From Octopus vulgaris (taxonomy: Eukaryota): 64,000 bases of DNA. The DNA lies in NCBI GenBank assembly GCA_951406725.2, contig OX597821.1:98580001-98644000 (forward strand). Direction: 5' to 3'. Of the stretch, positions 1 through 14,052 are shown piece after piece. How positions within the stretch are numbered: the stretch's first letter is position 1; every line of letters starts with the position of its first letter. Made by a program: the position numbers and the translations under genes. Below the pieces are notes generated by a model. It was not told where the DNA came from, searched no databases, and worked only from the letters and a program-made list of their open reading frames with translations.

Positions 1-60
1 AGGATGTTTATAACCAGACAAAAGCACTCTGCACAATTAATTTACATGGACCAGTACTAC

Positions 61-93
<33 letters not shown>

Positions 94-142
94 AGTATTG
101 TAGTCCCACATTCGTGCACTGCTTTGGCACATAAAATGCACC

Positions 143-352
143 ATCCAATTGTGGCCGTTGCCAGCCTCGTGTGGCACGTAAAAAGCACCCACTACACTCT
201 TGGAGTGGTTGGCGTTAGGAAGGGCATCCAGCCGTAGAAGCACTGCCAGATCAGACTGGAACCTGGCGCAGCCTTCTGGCTTCCCAGACCCCAGTTGAAC
301 CGTCCAACCCATGCTAGCATGGAAAAACGGACGTTAAACGATGAGGATGATA
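143..352 (+). mobile_element. Retro-repeat family A (RTE-type 3' end, (GAT)n tail)
   Basis: GGCGTTAGGAAGGGCATCCAGC...CCATGCTAGCATGGAAAA.CGGACGTTAAACGATGA; about 10 copies in the window. Confidence 0.8.
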
Positions 353-600
353 ATGTTTACTATTATACAAACATCCTTGACAACATAGATATGAAACAAT
401 TTTACTGGAATGATTCCCTCAGAAATGCCCTACAATCAGAAGCTCCCCAATACAATGTTTCTACTTGCTTTTTCTTTTCCTGACTCTAAAACAGCCTGTA
501 ACCCTTGAACTGATGAGCTGTATCTTTTCACACAAGCCTCATTCAACGTACTCATCTCACCTTCCCTCCCATCATGCCTACTGATAGATCTCTTCACTTG

Positions 601-825
601 CTCTTTACTCTTTACTCTTTTACTTGTTTCAGTCATTTGACTGCCGCCATGCTGGAGCACCGCCTTTGGTCGAGCAAATCGTCCCCAGGACTTATTCTTT
701 GTAAGCCCAGTACTTATTCTATCAGTCTCTTTTGCCGAACCGCTAAGTGACGGGGACGTAAACACACCAGCATCGGTTGTCAAGCCATGCTAGAGGGACA
801 CACACAAACATATACACACACATAC

Positions 826-880
<55 letters not shown>

Positions 881-1040
881 TATACGACAGGCTTCTTTCA
901 GTTTCCATCTACCAAATCCACTCACAAGGCTTTGGTCGGCCCGAGGCTATAGCAGAAGACACTTGCCCAAGATGCCACGCAATAGGACTGAACCCGGAAC
1001 CATGTGGTTGGTTAGCAAGCTACTTACCACACTGCCACAT
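601..1040 (-). mobile_element. tRNA-derived SINE family B
   Basis: Head GGCTGTGTGGTAAG...GGTTCAGTCCC (A/B box-like), internal (TA)n/(TG)n and (AAGAGTA)n tail; more than 10 copies in the window. Confidence 0.9.
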
Positions 1041-2062
1041 AAATTTCTCATCCTTCTGCTTAACAACTCAAAACTTCAGGAATTCCTTTCATGTCCACAT
1101 TTTCCCGGCAGACATTGATCTACAAGTCTTCAACTGGAACTTCGACCACATCAGTTTCACCAATCCTAACAGGTTTACGAAAATTATTGACTAAATCCAT
1201 TCCTCCTCTCACTGACTTATCTAAACTTCTACTAAATCTAATCCCTAAATCCAACTCCTAGGCCTGAACTACTAACGTCCCTAACCATCTATACTGTAAA
1301 TTCAATATAGACACAAACTGTTCATGGCTGACGAAAGTTAAGGGAGAGAACTGCCTTCTGACTACTGATTTTGGTAATCTGCATTGTTCTCTGATCTTCC
1401 TAATCTGATTAAATAACCGTATTGTTGTCACGATCACACAATTGACGTATAACACAATGTATGAAAAACACTATGAACTTTTGATTTTTGAGTTCAGGCC
1501 TTGTCATCATCATTGTCTTGGTTGCCGTTAATATCACGGCTTATCCGTTTCATCTGTATTTACATTCTAAGTTCAAATTCCTCCGAGGTCCACTTTGTCT
1601 TTCATCCTTTCGAGGGTTGCTAAAATATGTGCTAGTTGAGCACTCGGCTCAATATAATCAACTTACTTCCTTCCCCCGAATTAGCTGGCCTTGTGCCAAA
1701 ATGTGAAACTCATCACGATCACCAATTTTATCGCATGAACATACCTTTTTCTCCATATTCCCACTGTCTTCTACCAGGCATTTTCTTTATACCTCTCTTA
1801 TTGTCTTATCATAAATTATCGTTGTTGCAATCGTCATCACCATTACCTGATTAAAGTTACCACTCAGTAGTGTTTTTCCATTTATCCCCAATTCCCCTCA
1901 ATGCTTCTTTTAGTTTAAAGAACTAGGTTTAAAAGGCAAAAGAACAGATTCAATATGTACATGTGCCAGTATTGAATCACCTTGATATTTCATTAATCAA
2001 GCAATACATTAATGAACCAACAAGGGGCTTTTCTGAAACCATGTATTTAATGTAGCATACAG

Positions 2063-2460
2063 ATAGGCGCAGGAGCGGCTGTGTGGTAAGTAGCTTGCTA
2101 ACCAACAACATGTTCATGGGTTCAGTCCCACTGCGTGGCATCTTGGGCAAGTGTCTTCTGCTATAGCCCCGGGCTGACCAATGCCTTGTGAGTGGATTTG
2201 GTAGACGGAAACTGAAAGAAGCCTGTCGTATATATGTATATATATATGTGTGTGTTTGTGTGTGTGTGTTTGTCCCCCTAGCATTGCTTGACAACCGATG
2301 CTGGTGTGTTTACGTCCCCGTCACTTAGTGGTTCGGCAAAAGATAGAATAAGTACTGGGCTTACAAAGAATAAGTCCCGGGGTCGATTTGCTCGACTAAA
2401 GGCGGTGCTCCAGCATGGCCGCAGTCAAATGACTGAAACAAGTAAAAGAGTAAAGAGTAA
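2063..2460 (+). mobile_element. SINE family B
   Basis: Full-length copy, AGGCGCAGGAGCGGCTGTGTGG...AAAGAGTAAAGAGTA. Confidence 0.9.
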
Positions 2461-3587
2461 TATATACAAACATATCACAGTAGATACTATGAATATTATA
2501 CAAGAGAGCATTTTGTTATTATTAATAAAGTAACAGTGTCTTTGCTGACAGCTGTGTGGACATCTTAAATAACTAGTGAAAGCATGGTATATTCTACTCA
2601 ATTATATTCACTTGCAAATAATGGCTGAGGCTTGATGTGGCTGTGTGGTAAAAAGCTTTCTTCCCAACCACATGGTTCTGGGTTTGGCCCCACTGTGTGA
2701 CACCTTGGGTAAGTGTTTTCTCCTATAACCTTGAGCCGACCAAAGCCTTGTGCGTGGATTTTGTAGAAAGAAACTCTGTGTGTGTGTGTTTGCATTCTTG
2801 TCTTGATTAAGTGATAGTTGTAAGTGAATGCCACTCATATAAGCTATGTCATTCAAAATGTCAGGCCATGGGGAAATATTATTGTGTTTGGAAACATATG
2901 AGGATTAGCAGCAGGAAGGGCATCAAGTCATAGAAAAACAATCTGCTAATAAACTCTGTCTGAAACCATTCAAGCATGAAAAAGAGGATTTTGTGTGTGT
3001 GTGTGTGTGTGTGCATAAGGATATCATTACCATCAAAATCATCATCATTTAATATCCATATTCCATTTTGGCATGGGTTGGATGGTTCAGTAGGGTCTGA
3101 CCAGCCAGAGGGTTATACTGGGTCCAGTGTCTGCTTTGGCAAGGTTTCTATGGCTAGATGTCCTTCATAATGCCAATCACTTAACAGAGTGTAGCAGCCA
3201 GTGTTTTTTTTTTTTTTTTTTTTCACCTGAAACCAACACTAGTCAGGTCAGCAAGTAACTCGTTAGACAAGGACCTCTTGATGAGTAGTAGCAGAATTGA
3301 GGGAGGTGGGTTTGTTCCAGGTGTTGAGAGGCTAAAGCATGATGTGGTAGAGGAACATATTTTGGTGTAGAGAAGATACATGGCATCCACAACAGGAAAG
3401 GGAAAAAGAATGGTGAAAATGGGGAATCAGAGCAGACCGTCAGGGTACAAGAAGATGGATAAAGAGTGTGCAGACAGAGAATAACGGCTAGCTACACATG
3501 CACGCATGCACGTGCACAGATACATCCACACATACAAAGATGTGTGTGTGTGTGTGTGTGTATGTTTGCATAATTACATTGCGTGTG

Positions 3588-3634
<47 letters not shown>

Positions 3635-3774
3635 GTTTAAATATTTGTTGTGCAAGATTTTTTATGTGAAGTCGTGTGTTGAAACAGATATTGTTATATT
3701 TCGGAATGGTCATATATATATATAGTGCGTGTGTTTTTATTGGCTAAACTGGCAATATGACCATTCCGAAATAT

Positions 3775-3817
<43 letters not shown>

Positions 3818-4168
3818 TTCAGCAACAATTTAGATTCAAATGAATATGGTACTTAATTTAGATGCACCAGAATTACCCTCACTCCTACAACTAGTTAAAC
3901 ACAACCATAGTTTTGGTCAGTTAGTGGCTGGACTTCACAACCTAATGTTCTTAAAATTTAATTCTACATCTTTATCTGTATATCTACCTTCTCTAAAATG
4001 TTACTACTTGATTTAAAAGCTTTTGTATTATTGGAAAACCTATATTTTTGGCTGAAGAGCACTCAACATCTTAAATCTGCTGTAATAATTACAACTTTTA
4101 ATAAAATGTTGTAGTGCGGAACAATTGTACCAAATTACGAGTCATTCTTGTTGCTTCATTCTTGATTG

Positions 4169-4217
<49 letters not shown>

Positions 4218-4804
4218 TGGTGGTTGAATTGGGTTCTGGCTCCATATAATGATACACAACACTCATGAACAATTAACAGAGTTTTATTCACCACACAAAA
4301 TAATGCAACAGCAAAGTTTATACTCTGGAAAGAACAATACTGTAGTTATTACAAAATAGCTGATTCAGTAGGCTTTATAAATATGGTGTCATGACAGGAG
4401 AAAAAATACTATGCTCAGTTCATGTCTGCAAAACTGTAGCTGTTGTCTACTAGGTTGAGTAAGGAGTCATTAGAATGACTTAAATGCAGCAAAATGATAA
4501 TGTTGTTAGCCCAATTGTGACTGCTCACAAACCGATGCAAAAAGTGAGACATGTGAAATGAATAGGCCAGTCTCTGAATGACAAGAGTGGAGACTGATTT
4601 CACCCGATTGTCTTTAACATTCAGCAAAATTGGCACTAAAAACATGCCTATTTATAAGCCTTGTAAAAGGATGTTCTAGAAGATTCTAGAAATTGCATCA
4701 AGTGATGTCTCAATGCTGATTAATCAATTACTCAGCTGATTACATGGCTGTTACTAAGCCATGATTTTAACTTGGTAATCTGACGATTTGAATTTTAATC
4801 TGCT

Positions 4805-5095
4805 GCACGTAAAAAGCACCACCCGACCGTGTCCGTTGCCAGCGCCGTCCCGACTGGCCTCCGTGCCGGTGGCACGTAAAAAGCACCATCCGTCCGTGGC
4901 CGTTTGCCAGCCCCGTCTGGCACCTGTGCAGGTGGCACGTAAAAAGCACCCACTACACTCACGGAGTGGTTGGCGTTAGGAAGGGCACCAGCCGTAGAAA
5001 CACTGCCAGATCAGACTGGGCCTGGTGCAGCCTTCAGGCTTCCCAGACCCCAGTTGAACCATCCAACCCATGCTAGCATGGAAAGCGGATGCTAA

Positions 5096-5125
<30 letters not shown>
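4805..5125 (+). mobile_element. Family A copy with internal ~60-bp tandem units
   Basis: Three GCACGTAAAAAGCACC units, then the conserved 3' end and (GAT)n. Confidence 0.8.
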
Positions 5126-5127
<2 letters not shown>

Positions 5128-6084
5128 ATATATATATATATATATATATACTCAGTTCTACTGCATGGCACCTCTATGGGCAGTTCTACTGCATGGCACC
5201 TCTTGGATCAACCATATGAACCTATACCTTCAGGTTATCAATAACAAAGTTATGTGTCAGCTAGTTGCTGTTTCTGTTTCTGTCTCCTGTAAGCAAATTA
5301 ACATCTTTTTTAGATTTCCTCAACAAAAAAGATAAGAATTCTGTGCAAGTATAAACAACACTACATTTTTGAAATGTAACCCTGTGGTACATAGTTCATC
5401 TCAACAGAGACACTTCTTGTATTTAATTTTATGATGGTAGCTCAGGATGAAGCCAGCTTGTCATCTTGATTATGACTTCTAGAAGGGCCTCTAATATCCC
5501 TGAGTTGGAAGCAGAATTGAATGCTTTCTTGTAGTCTGGCCAGATTGCAACCATATTACTCCTTCTTCTTTGCTATAGCGCCTTTGACATCACAATTTTT
5601 ATCTTTCTTTCCTTATTCAACTGTGATGATATTGTTTCTATCATAGAACTTCCAGAGGAATAGTTCCACATATTTACATTATAGCATGTATTTGGATGTT
5701 CTTATCTTTGTGAGTCATTTTATTTTCTTCATAAGACTCGTTTCTGCCAACTTCAGCTGATTTAGTATATTTATATCCCTACAGAGAGTTTTCTGGTAAA
5801 AGTTCTTAAAATATTTCTGAGAAGTCAGTTTTTGTGCCAGTAGCTGACGATAAAGTCTCTTTTTGCTGCTTTCCACTCTCACAGTCTTACTCTGTCATAA
5901 GGATATCAACTGGATACTTTTGGTGTAAGACTGGGCAGTCTACTGCTGATCTTCTCAATGTTCTGGTCAAGCTAGGGCAGTTGCTCTTGGTGTCTCTAAA
6001 GCATTTGGTAGGGTGGGCTTCTGTGAAAGCTCCAATCCTTTGGTGTGTCATGTTTCAGGCTGAACATCATCTCTTCTTTCCTTT

Positions 6085-7075
6085 ATGACCATAGGATCAA
6101 GGTTATTCTTGATGGTTAATCTTCATCTAGTTACTCTATTAATACTGGAGTTCCTCAAGGATCTGTCCTGGGCCCAGCTCTTTTTTATCAATGATCTATC
6201 TGATCATATCGTCTGTCAGCTAGTAATCTATGCTGATGACCCTACTTTGTACTCTTGTTTGGACTAATTTGACAGATTGTCTGATAAGATTGAGATCACT
6301 GCTAACCTTGAGAATGATATTTGATCTCTTGTTGAGTGCGATAAGAAATGGCTTGTAATATTCAATTCATCAGAAACTAAACTTCTTTCAATTAATCCTT
6401 TCTTGCTATCACTTTTGGTGGATGATATTGACTTACCTTCATCTCCTAGGAGTGACTTTCTGTAATGACTTTTCATGGTGGACTTACATTGTATCTATTG
6501 CCAAATCAGCTGCAATTAAGGTAAGCTCACTCCTTTGTTTGAGGAGTTAATCTCACTCTTGAGACTATTCTTTATCTTTATAAGTCTACCATTTGCCCTG
6601 CATTGAGTACTGTTGTCACATATGGGCAGGTGCTCCTACGGATTGTTTAACTCTGTTGGACTGCATTCAATACTGTATTTGTAATGCTATTGGGCCTGAT
6701 CTATCTCCTAAATTGGATTCACTCTCTCATCATCGTCCCGTGGCTTCCTTGTTTCTTTTCTATAAGTATTTTCATGGACATTTTTCAGCTGAGTTTTCTT
6801 CTCTGATTCCTCCTTTAAGAACTTACAGCAATCAGTGTACTGTGCAATCTCCCAAGTGTCATAAAGTACTTTTCAGTACCAGTTTCTCCCCTTGCATCTC
6901 TGAACTTTGGAATTCCCTTCCAGTCTTGTTTTCCTCTTCAATATGACCTCCTCCAGTCTTTTAAGTCTAATGTACATCATCACCTATTGACTTCTGTCTA
7001 GTGTCCATTTAATTCTAGTAGCTCTTACGTTTTTAGCAGTCTAAGGAACTTGTAACAAGCAACTGCTTTAAAAAG
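6085..7075 (+). mobile_element. CR1/L2/Jockey-group LINE 3' relic (RT)
   Basis: GVPQGSVLGP, FINDL, YADD, YKSTI.PCIEYCCHIWAG and WNSLP motifs, with frameshifts and stops. Confidence 0.85.
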
Positions 7076-7114
7076 AGAAGGTACAGTCAACACTTTTGAA
7101 TTTTTTCTGGTCAT

Positions 7115-7325
7115 ACTCTTTTACTTGTTTCAGTCATTTGACTGCGGCCATGCTGGAGCCCCGCCTTTAATCGAGCAACTCGACCCCGGGACTTATTCCT
7201 TTGTGAGCCCAGTACTTATTCTATCGGTCTCTTTTGCCGAACCGCTAAGTAACGGGGACATAAACACACCAGCATCGGTTGTCAAGCAATGCTAGGGGAC
7301 AAACACAGACATGCAAACACACACA

Positions 7326-7391
<66 letters not shown>

Positions 7392-7556
7392 CATATATAC
7401 GACGGGCTTCTTTCAGTTTCCGTCTACCAAATCCACTCACAAGGCTTTGGTCGGCTTCGAGGCTATAGTAGAAGACACTTGCCCAAGGTGCCATGCAGTG
7501 GGACTGAACCCGGAACCATGTGGTTGGTAAACAAGCTACAAACCACACAGCCACTC
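7115..7556 (-). mobile_element. SINE family B
   Basis: Near full-length copy with an expanded (TA)n. Confidence 0.9.
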
Positions 7557-9000
7557 ATCTCTGTTCACTCAAAGTGCATCAGACAAGTGATATCTGAGTC
7601 AAACTCCATTCTTCTTCCCATGTAACAACCATTTTCATCAAGTCTTCCTGTGCAGTTCTTTGCCTTATCTTCACTGGCATGCCTCTCTCTTTCCTCTGGC
7701 ATTGGTCCACTTAGTGATTTTCCTAACAGTGAGCATAGTACATAACCAAACAACTTCCTTCATCTGGCTGAGATGATGTCTTGCAGTTTATTTAAGCCAG
7801 CTCTTCTTATGATTTCATCATTTGTGATGTGGTCATACCAGGTGATCTTCAGAATATTGCCAAACCTGAGCACCAAAACGTTAATCCGTTAATCGTTAAT
7901 AAACAAAGTTAGCATTTTTGTTAACAATTTAACTTTTTAAGATAACTTTGGAAATTATTATTGAACTAATTAACTTCCGTTACATTTTACATTTGACTTC
8001 CGTTACATTTATAAATAAACTTTTTTAGTTTAATTTTTAGTTTGTGTTTCATTTGAGTTTTTTTTTTTTTACCCCTTTCTGGCTCTAAAAGCCTTTAAAA
8101 ACCTAAATAAGAGCCAAAACTATGAAATCAGCCTTTTTTAAGGTCTTGTACAAATTAAAATTATGCAATCAGCCTTTTTTAACTCTAAAGCAAAAAAAAA
8201 ATAAAAGCTATAGTTTTGGGGTTCTAAAGCCCTTCAAAAGGCAAAAAGAGGGCTGATTTTATAGTTCTGGCACTTTTTAAAGGTGATTTTAGGTAGTTTT
8301 AGAGCAAAAACTGATTTTTTTTTTGTTTTTTTCGATAATAAAAGTTAACATTAATGGTTTATTGATAACTTTCATTACATTAACTGATTAACAGTTATTG
8401 AAGTTAACTTTTTGGTTAACAGATTAATGGTTAATGAAGTTAACTTTTCAATTAATGGTGCCCATCTCTGGATATTTCTAAGGCACTAGCAATGAAAAAC
8501 ATTCACCATATTGCAAATCCTGTCCATCTACCTTCATATTTCACTTGCATACAATACTGTAGATGTTGTGATAAATGCGATAAAGAAGTTTAATTCTTTG
8601 ATGGATGGAAGAGTATGACCATACTGGTCTCAGTCATTGAAAAATTGCCATTGGTCTGTTAAGTCTTGTCTTAACATCAATCTCCGCTTTTCCATTCCTG
8701 CCAATGTTACTACCAAGGTATGTAAAAGAGTCAACAAATTCAATATTTAGTCCACCAAGATTGATGGTCTTGGGTTGATTTTCAAGTAGGTGTAAGGCTT
8801 TTGTCTTTCACTAATTGATACAGAGACCAAACACTTGTCATCTCTTGCATGATTTCAGGGGTATCACTAAACAGATTAATATCGTCTGCAATTTTCATCA
8901 GTCTGCAGTGTCCCCAGCTGACGTCAATGATTTGGTTAAATTTCCCTTTTCTTACCACAGATTTTTCTCCAAAACTATTTCTGTACCTTTGCAAAAAGAC
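7557..9000 (-). mobile_element. Degenerate RTE-like LINE fragment split by a MITE
   Basis: Minus strand ADDINL, FTYLGSNI, LKITWYDHITNDEII and RRMKEVVWLC-like C-terminal RT remnants on both sides of 7861-8470. Confidence 0.65.
7861..8470. mobile_element. hAT-type MITE
   Basis: Imperfect TIRs CAAACCTGAGCACC / GGTGCCCATCTCTG; GTTAA-rich subterminal repeats; 8-bp flanks AATATTGC / GATATTTC (6 of 8 match). Confidence 0.65.
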
Positions 9001-10134
9001 CCTCTCTGACTTTTATTGATCTTTCTGCTTGACTACTGATTGATTTTCACTGATTATCTAATTCATTATTTTTCTTTCAATTAATCTCTTCTGATGACCA
9101 TGTTTTCCACTGACAGCTTTTAATTCCTGTTTGAGGTGATCAATTTTACTATATCCAAACAACATTTTCTTTATTTCAGTTTTCAATTTTTGTTGTTGAG
9201 AAGTGTAGCTACTTGTTCGTATATATTCGACAATCTTCTGTCAGTTAGTGACTTTTATTTTCAGTTGTCCAAATTCATGAAGGTATATATTTTATTATTA
9301 TTTTCCCTCTCTTTAACAGTTGTGAAAAGGGAATATTGTGTTATAAATATTCCTTTTCTGTTATTGTTCAGCATCAGGTCTGGAGGTCTCCTATCAAAAC
9401 TAGTTAGACATGATCTGTGTTTTCTGATGCAGTGTTAGATACAAATTAATCTTTTTTTAAAACAGTACATTTATTATTGTGACGTGTGTGTATGTGTGTG
9501 TGTGCATGTACGCGCGTGTGTGTGCATATACATACATATATGTCTCCATGTCTTTGTATCTTGCTGTTATTTTCTCTATCTCTCAATCTCTCTTATTATG
9601 TCTTATGTCTGTGTGTCTGCTAATTATCTTATATAATTCTCTATCCATCTCTTTGTCTTTCATCTACCTGTGTTTCTACCTATCTAGCTGTCAGTTTCTC
9701 CATCTATCTTACTTACCGTCATCTGCCTATTTTCTTTCTTTTTCCTATTCCTCATTATATCAGACTTCACTGTTACCTATTTACCTATCTATTTACTTCT
9801 CTTCCTTTATATTTACTTTCCTACCTGCTTAATAGTTTTTCATGCATTAATCAGTTGTCCAGTTTGACACCACTTACCTGGCGGGCAGGTCCTTGGCTGC
9901 CTTCAATGAAGTTTATTCTGTTTTAAATGTTTGGGCCAGGTTACCAGTTTGAGGATAATCTATTTCCTCCTTTTCCTCTGCCTACATCAGAAACCCTGAA
10001 AAAAAATGGGCATGAACACTGCTACTTGCCCTCTAAGTGATAAAAAAAACCCCAGTTTTTACTCTATCAAATCAAAATTTTACCTGTTTCATTGTATATT
10101 CATTCCTTTGTTACTCATTGTCTATATTTTCAAC

Positions 10135-10530
10135 TACATACCTATTTATCCACCTATCTACCTACCTAACTACCTACACACTTACCTAAACCTACCCACC
10201 TACCTACAAACCTACCCACCTACCTACAAACCTACCTACCTACCTACATACATTCATACATACATACATACATACATACTTATGTACGTACATACATACA
10301 TACATACATACATACATACGTATGTACGTACATACATACCTACCTACCTACCTATTTACCTACCTACATACCTAGCTACCTACCTACCTACCTACTTACC
10401 TACCTACCTACCTACGTACCTACCTACATACCTACCTATCTACCTACCTACCTACCTACATACCTACCTATCTACCTACCTACTTACCTACCTACCTACA
10501 TACCTACCTACCAACCTACTTACCTACTCA
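10135..10530. repeat. (CCTA)n/(CATA)n compound microsatellite
   Basis: Direct observation. Confidence 0.95.
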
Positions 10531-10624
10531 TCACCCCAACTGTTTCTATCTGTTTCCTTTTACTATCTTTCAATATATTAATTTATCAATTTTTCAATAC
10601 ATCTATAGAGCTGCAGCTTTAGCC

Positions 10625-10666
<42 letters not shown>

Positions 10667-11368
10667 ATATATATATATATATGATGTGTATACAGAGGCC
10701 TATAATAATTTTATAGACAGGGTAATAAAATGAAATGTTAATTCAACTTGTAAAATTATCTCAAATGAAATTAACGTTTGTCTCAGTATTTTGTAGGTCA
10801 TCCTTCAGCTAATATCATAGCTTTAACCTGATTAGGCTTGGATTTAATTAAATCATCAATGACATACAGATCCGTGTTTATCCACTTCTTGCAGCTCTAT
10901 AACTGACATAATATTTGATCATCTTACTCACAACCTTATATCAATGTGTTCCCATTCTATGTTCTCTTAGATTAAACTGGTTGTTTTGAGCAGCCCATTT
11001 CAGTGATTTGATTCCATGAGTTTTTTTTTTTTACCAAGCTTGAAACACCTTATTTGTATGGCATGGAGGTTCCATCTTTTTGAAAAAGATTGGTATTCTC
11101 ATCAATTCCACACACTGGAACAGGTGGCTAAAAGATCCTTTTTTCAAGTATTTGACAGTATTTGGGGCTATTTAAATTATATACAAAAAAAAAAAAAAGA
11201 ACTCTGATCTACCTGTCACCCAAACTAACCACTTCTACCACAATAACTCAAACTCCTTTATATTTAACTCTTTCTCACAAACAATCTGATTTATGTGTTT
11301 CAGTTTTGTTTCACCATATATGTATCTGCCTTGAATTGGAAAATTTGGTAAGATTTGCTTTTGACAAC

Positions 11369-11760
11369 GTGGAGGCGCAATGGCCCAGTGGTTAGGGCAG
11401 CGGACTCGCGGTCATAGGATCACGGTTTCGATTCCCAGACCGGGCGTTGTGAGTGTTTATTGAGCAAAAACACCTAAAAGCTCCACGAGGCTCCGGCAGG
11501 GGATGGTAGTGATCCCTGCTGTACTCTTTCACCACAACTTTCTCTCACTCTTACTTCCTGTTTCTGTTGTACCTGTATTTCAAAGGGCCGGCCTTGTCAC
11601 TCTCTGTGTCACGCTGAATATCCCGAGAACTATGTTAAGGGTGCACGTGTCTGTGGAGTGCTCAGCCACTTACATGTTAATTTCACGAGCAGGCTGTTCC
11701 GTTGATTCGGATCAACCGGAACCCTCGTTGTCGTAACCGATGGAGTGCTCCTAAAAATTA
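11369..11760 (+). mobile_element. tRNA(Arg-like)-derived SINE family D
   Basis: GGAGGCGCAATGGCCCAGTGGTTAGGGCAGCGGACTCGCGG...GGTTTCGATTCC head; flanked by a TTGACAAC duplication. Confidence 0.88.
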
Positions 11761-11877
11761 TTGACAACCCACTCATCAAATCGGGCATAAAAGGAGTATG
11801 TATGTATGTATGTATGTATGTATGTATGTATGTATGTATGTATGTATGTATGTAGGTATGTATGTATGTATGTATGT

Positions 11878-13540
11878 CGTGATTCACAAGGAATTCTGCG
11901 AAGGTGGCAAGAACACTTTGATGAACTTTTGAATCAGCAGTCTGTAGTTAGTGAGGATGTTCTCAATCTCATCCCTGGATTACCCGTGAAGGCAGCACTC
12001 GCGGAACCTCCAAAGTTGGAAGAAGTTGCAATGGCTGTCTCAAGGTTGAATAATGGGAAGTCTCCGGGTATGGATGGCATACATGCAGAGTTGTTACAGC
12101 ATGGTGGTGAGAAACTTCTGCAGAAACTTCACTCTTTGTTTGGTAAGATATGGACTAGTGAATCTGTACCTGAGGACTGGAGAGATGCAGTAATGGTGGT
12201 CCTGTATAAGGGAAAGGGCAACAGGAATGATTGTGGTAATTATAGGGGAGTATCATTGCTTTCTGTCATAGGAAAGGTTTTATGCAGGATACTTCTGGAT
12301 CGTCTGCTGAAATACGTTGCAGATTGTGTTCTTCCAGAAAGTCAATCTGGCTTTCATGTGGGACGTGGCACTGCTGATATGATCTTTTCAGCTAGACAGC
12401 TTCAGGAAAAGTGTGTGGAACAGGGTCTGGATTTGTATCAGGTTTTTGTCGATCTGACAAAAGCCTTTGATACCGTCAATAGAAAAGCATTGTGGAAAGT
12501 CCTCCAGAAACTTGGGTGTCCTGAAAAGTTCCTTGCTTTGGTTAGGTCTTTTCATGAAGACATGAATAGTAGGGTGAATGTTAGAGGGAAAATGTCGGAG
12601 CCCATTTCAATAGAAAATGGAGTGAAACAGGGGGATATTCTGGCGCTGACCCTATTTTCCATATATTTCGCGATGGTGTTCTGTATTGCACTCAGAAGCT
12701 GCAGATACGGTGTTTACGTCCATTATCGAACCTCTGGCAGCATAATTTAATATCAGGTACCTTGCTGCAAAAACAAAGGTATTTACCTCTATCATAAGAG
12801 ACTTTCTGTATGCAGATGATTGTGAGCTAGTAGCACACACAGAGATTGATATGCAACACATTTTGAATGCATTCTCTGATGCTTGCACTGCCTTAGGATT
12901 GACAGTCAATCTCAAGAAAACTGTTGTCATGCATCAACCTGCCCCTGGTAAGCAGTATAGTGTACCAAATATCTATGTGTATGGTAAATGACTTGATGTA
13001 GTTGATCAGTTTGTCTACCTGGGAAGCACTATTAATAGATATGGCAATGTGGATGATGAAATTCCATATAAAATTAGGAAAGCAAGTGTTGCTTTCAGAA
13101 GGCTAGAAAAGCGCCTCTGGAGTCAGCGAGACATATGCAGAAAGACAAAGATAAAGGTGTACAAAGCATGTGTGCTCCCTTCTCTTCTCTATGCCTGCGA
13201 GATGTGGGTCACATATCGATACCACCTTAAACAACTGGAACGTTTCCATCAGATGTGCCTCAGATGGATCTGTGGCATTAAGTGGGAGGACCGCATCAGT
13301 GATCTTGAAATATTGGAAGGCTCTCGGTGTGAAAGTATAGAAGCTCTTGTGTTAAAGCAAAGGCTCAGATGGAGTGGTCATCTGGTCAGAATGAAGGATT
13401 CAAGGATGCCAAAACAACTCTTTTATGGAGAGTTAGCTAAAGGAGAACATAAACCAAAAAAGAGGTATAAGGACATTGCTGAAGGCTTCCTTAAGAGATG
13501 CTTGCATCTCTCCTGACACATGGAAAGGCATAGCTATTGA
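11878..13540 (+). mobile_element. RTE-clade LINE, 5'-truncated, RT pseudogene
   Basis: Motifs NYRGVSLLSVIGK, SQSGF, FVDLTKAFDTVNR, GVKQGD, FLYADD (about 12805) and RLRWSGHLVRM..RMPKQLFYGEL; frameshift near 12745 and an in-frame stop near 12989. Confidence 0.93.
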
Positions 13541-14052
13541 TCGTATGTTTTGATACTAACGCTTCTCTGTGTAGGAAGCAGTGAGTTGTAATTATAGATG
13601 AATTTTCTTTCAATGTTTTAGTGATGAAGCCTTTATACTTTCCTATCATCAATGGTGCACCATCTATACACATGCCAGAACAGTCATTCCATGAAAGACC
13701 ATGGTCAGTGAGTTACAGATTCAAAAATATCCTCCCCAGTGGTTGTAGTGCATAATTCTTTGCAAGACATAAACTTTTCAACAATATCTATGTCAATGAA
13801 TCTGCAAAACCCAAATAGTTAGCACTTATCACCTACATCAGTACTCTCATCCACTTGCAAAGCAAATTTTTTTTATTTAATTTTATCTACTTCACAACTT
13901 GTTTATTAATATTGGTTGACATTTTAGATATTCTATGAATGTATTATTGAAGAGAGATACTTTTGAAATTTGCTTCTTTGCCAAGCATTGTTTCAACATG
14001 ATTTTATAGGCGCATGGTTTTATAGGCCAAGCATTGTTTCAAATATGATTTT

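Noticed and set aside
777-1194. Recurrent ORFs such as RQASFSFRLPNPLTR..., LFQSFDCGHAGAPP and GELAETLARRAKC that look like a multigene family
   Set aside because: They are chance reading frames of SINE families B and C.
4215-4770. Possible solo LTR
   Set aside because: No second copy, clear TG...CA ends or TSD identifiable by eye.
5153-5203. 23-bp direct repeat CAGTTCTACTGCATGGCACCTCT twice, as a CRISPR-like array
   Set aside because: Only two units with a 5-bp spacer, eukaryotic context and no cas genes; a simple local duplication.
11371-11445. SINE heads as genuine tRNA genes
   Set aside because: A/B boxes are present, but acceptor stems do not close and they continue into SINE bodies.
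11806-12750. 314-aa ORF as an active or domesticated reverse transcriptase
   Set aside because: The N-terminus is (TATG)n, the endonuclease is absent, and there is a frameshift before YADD plus a downstream stop; a dead RTE copy.
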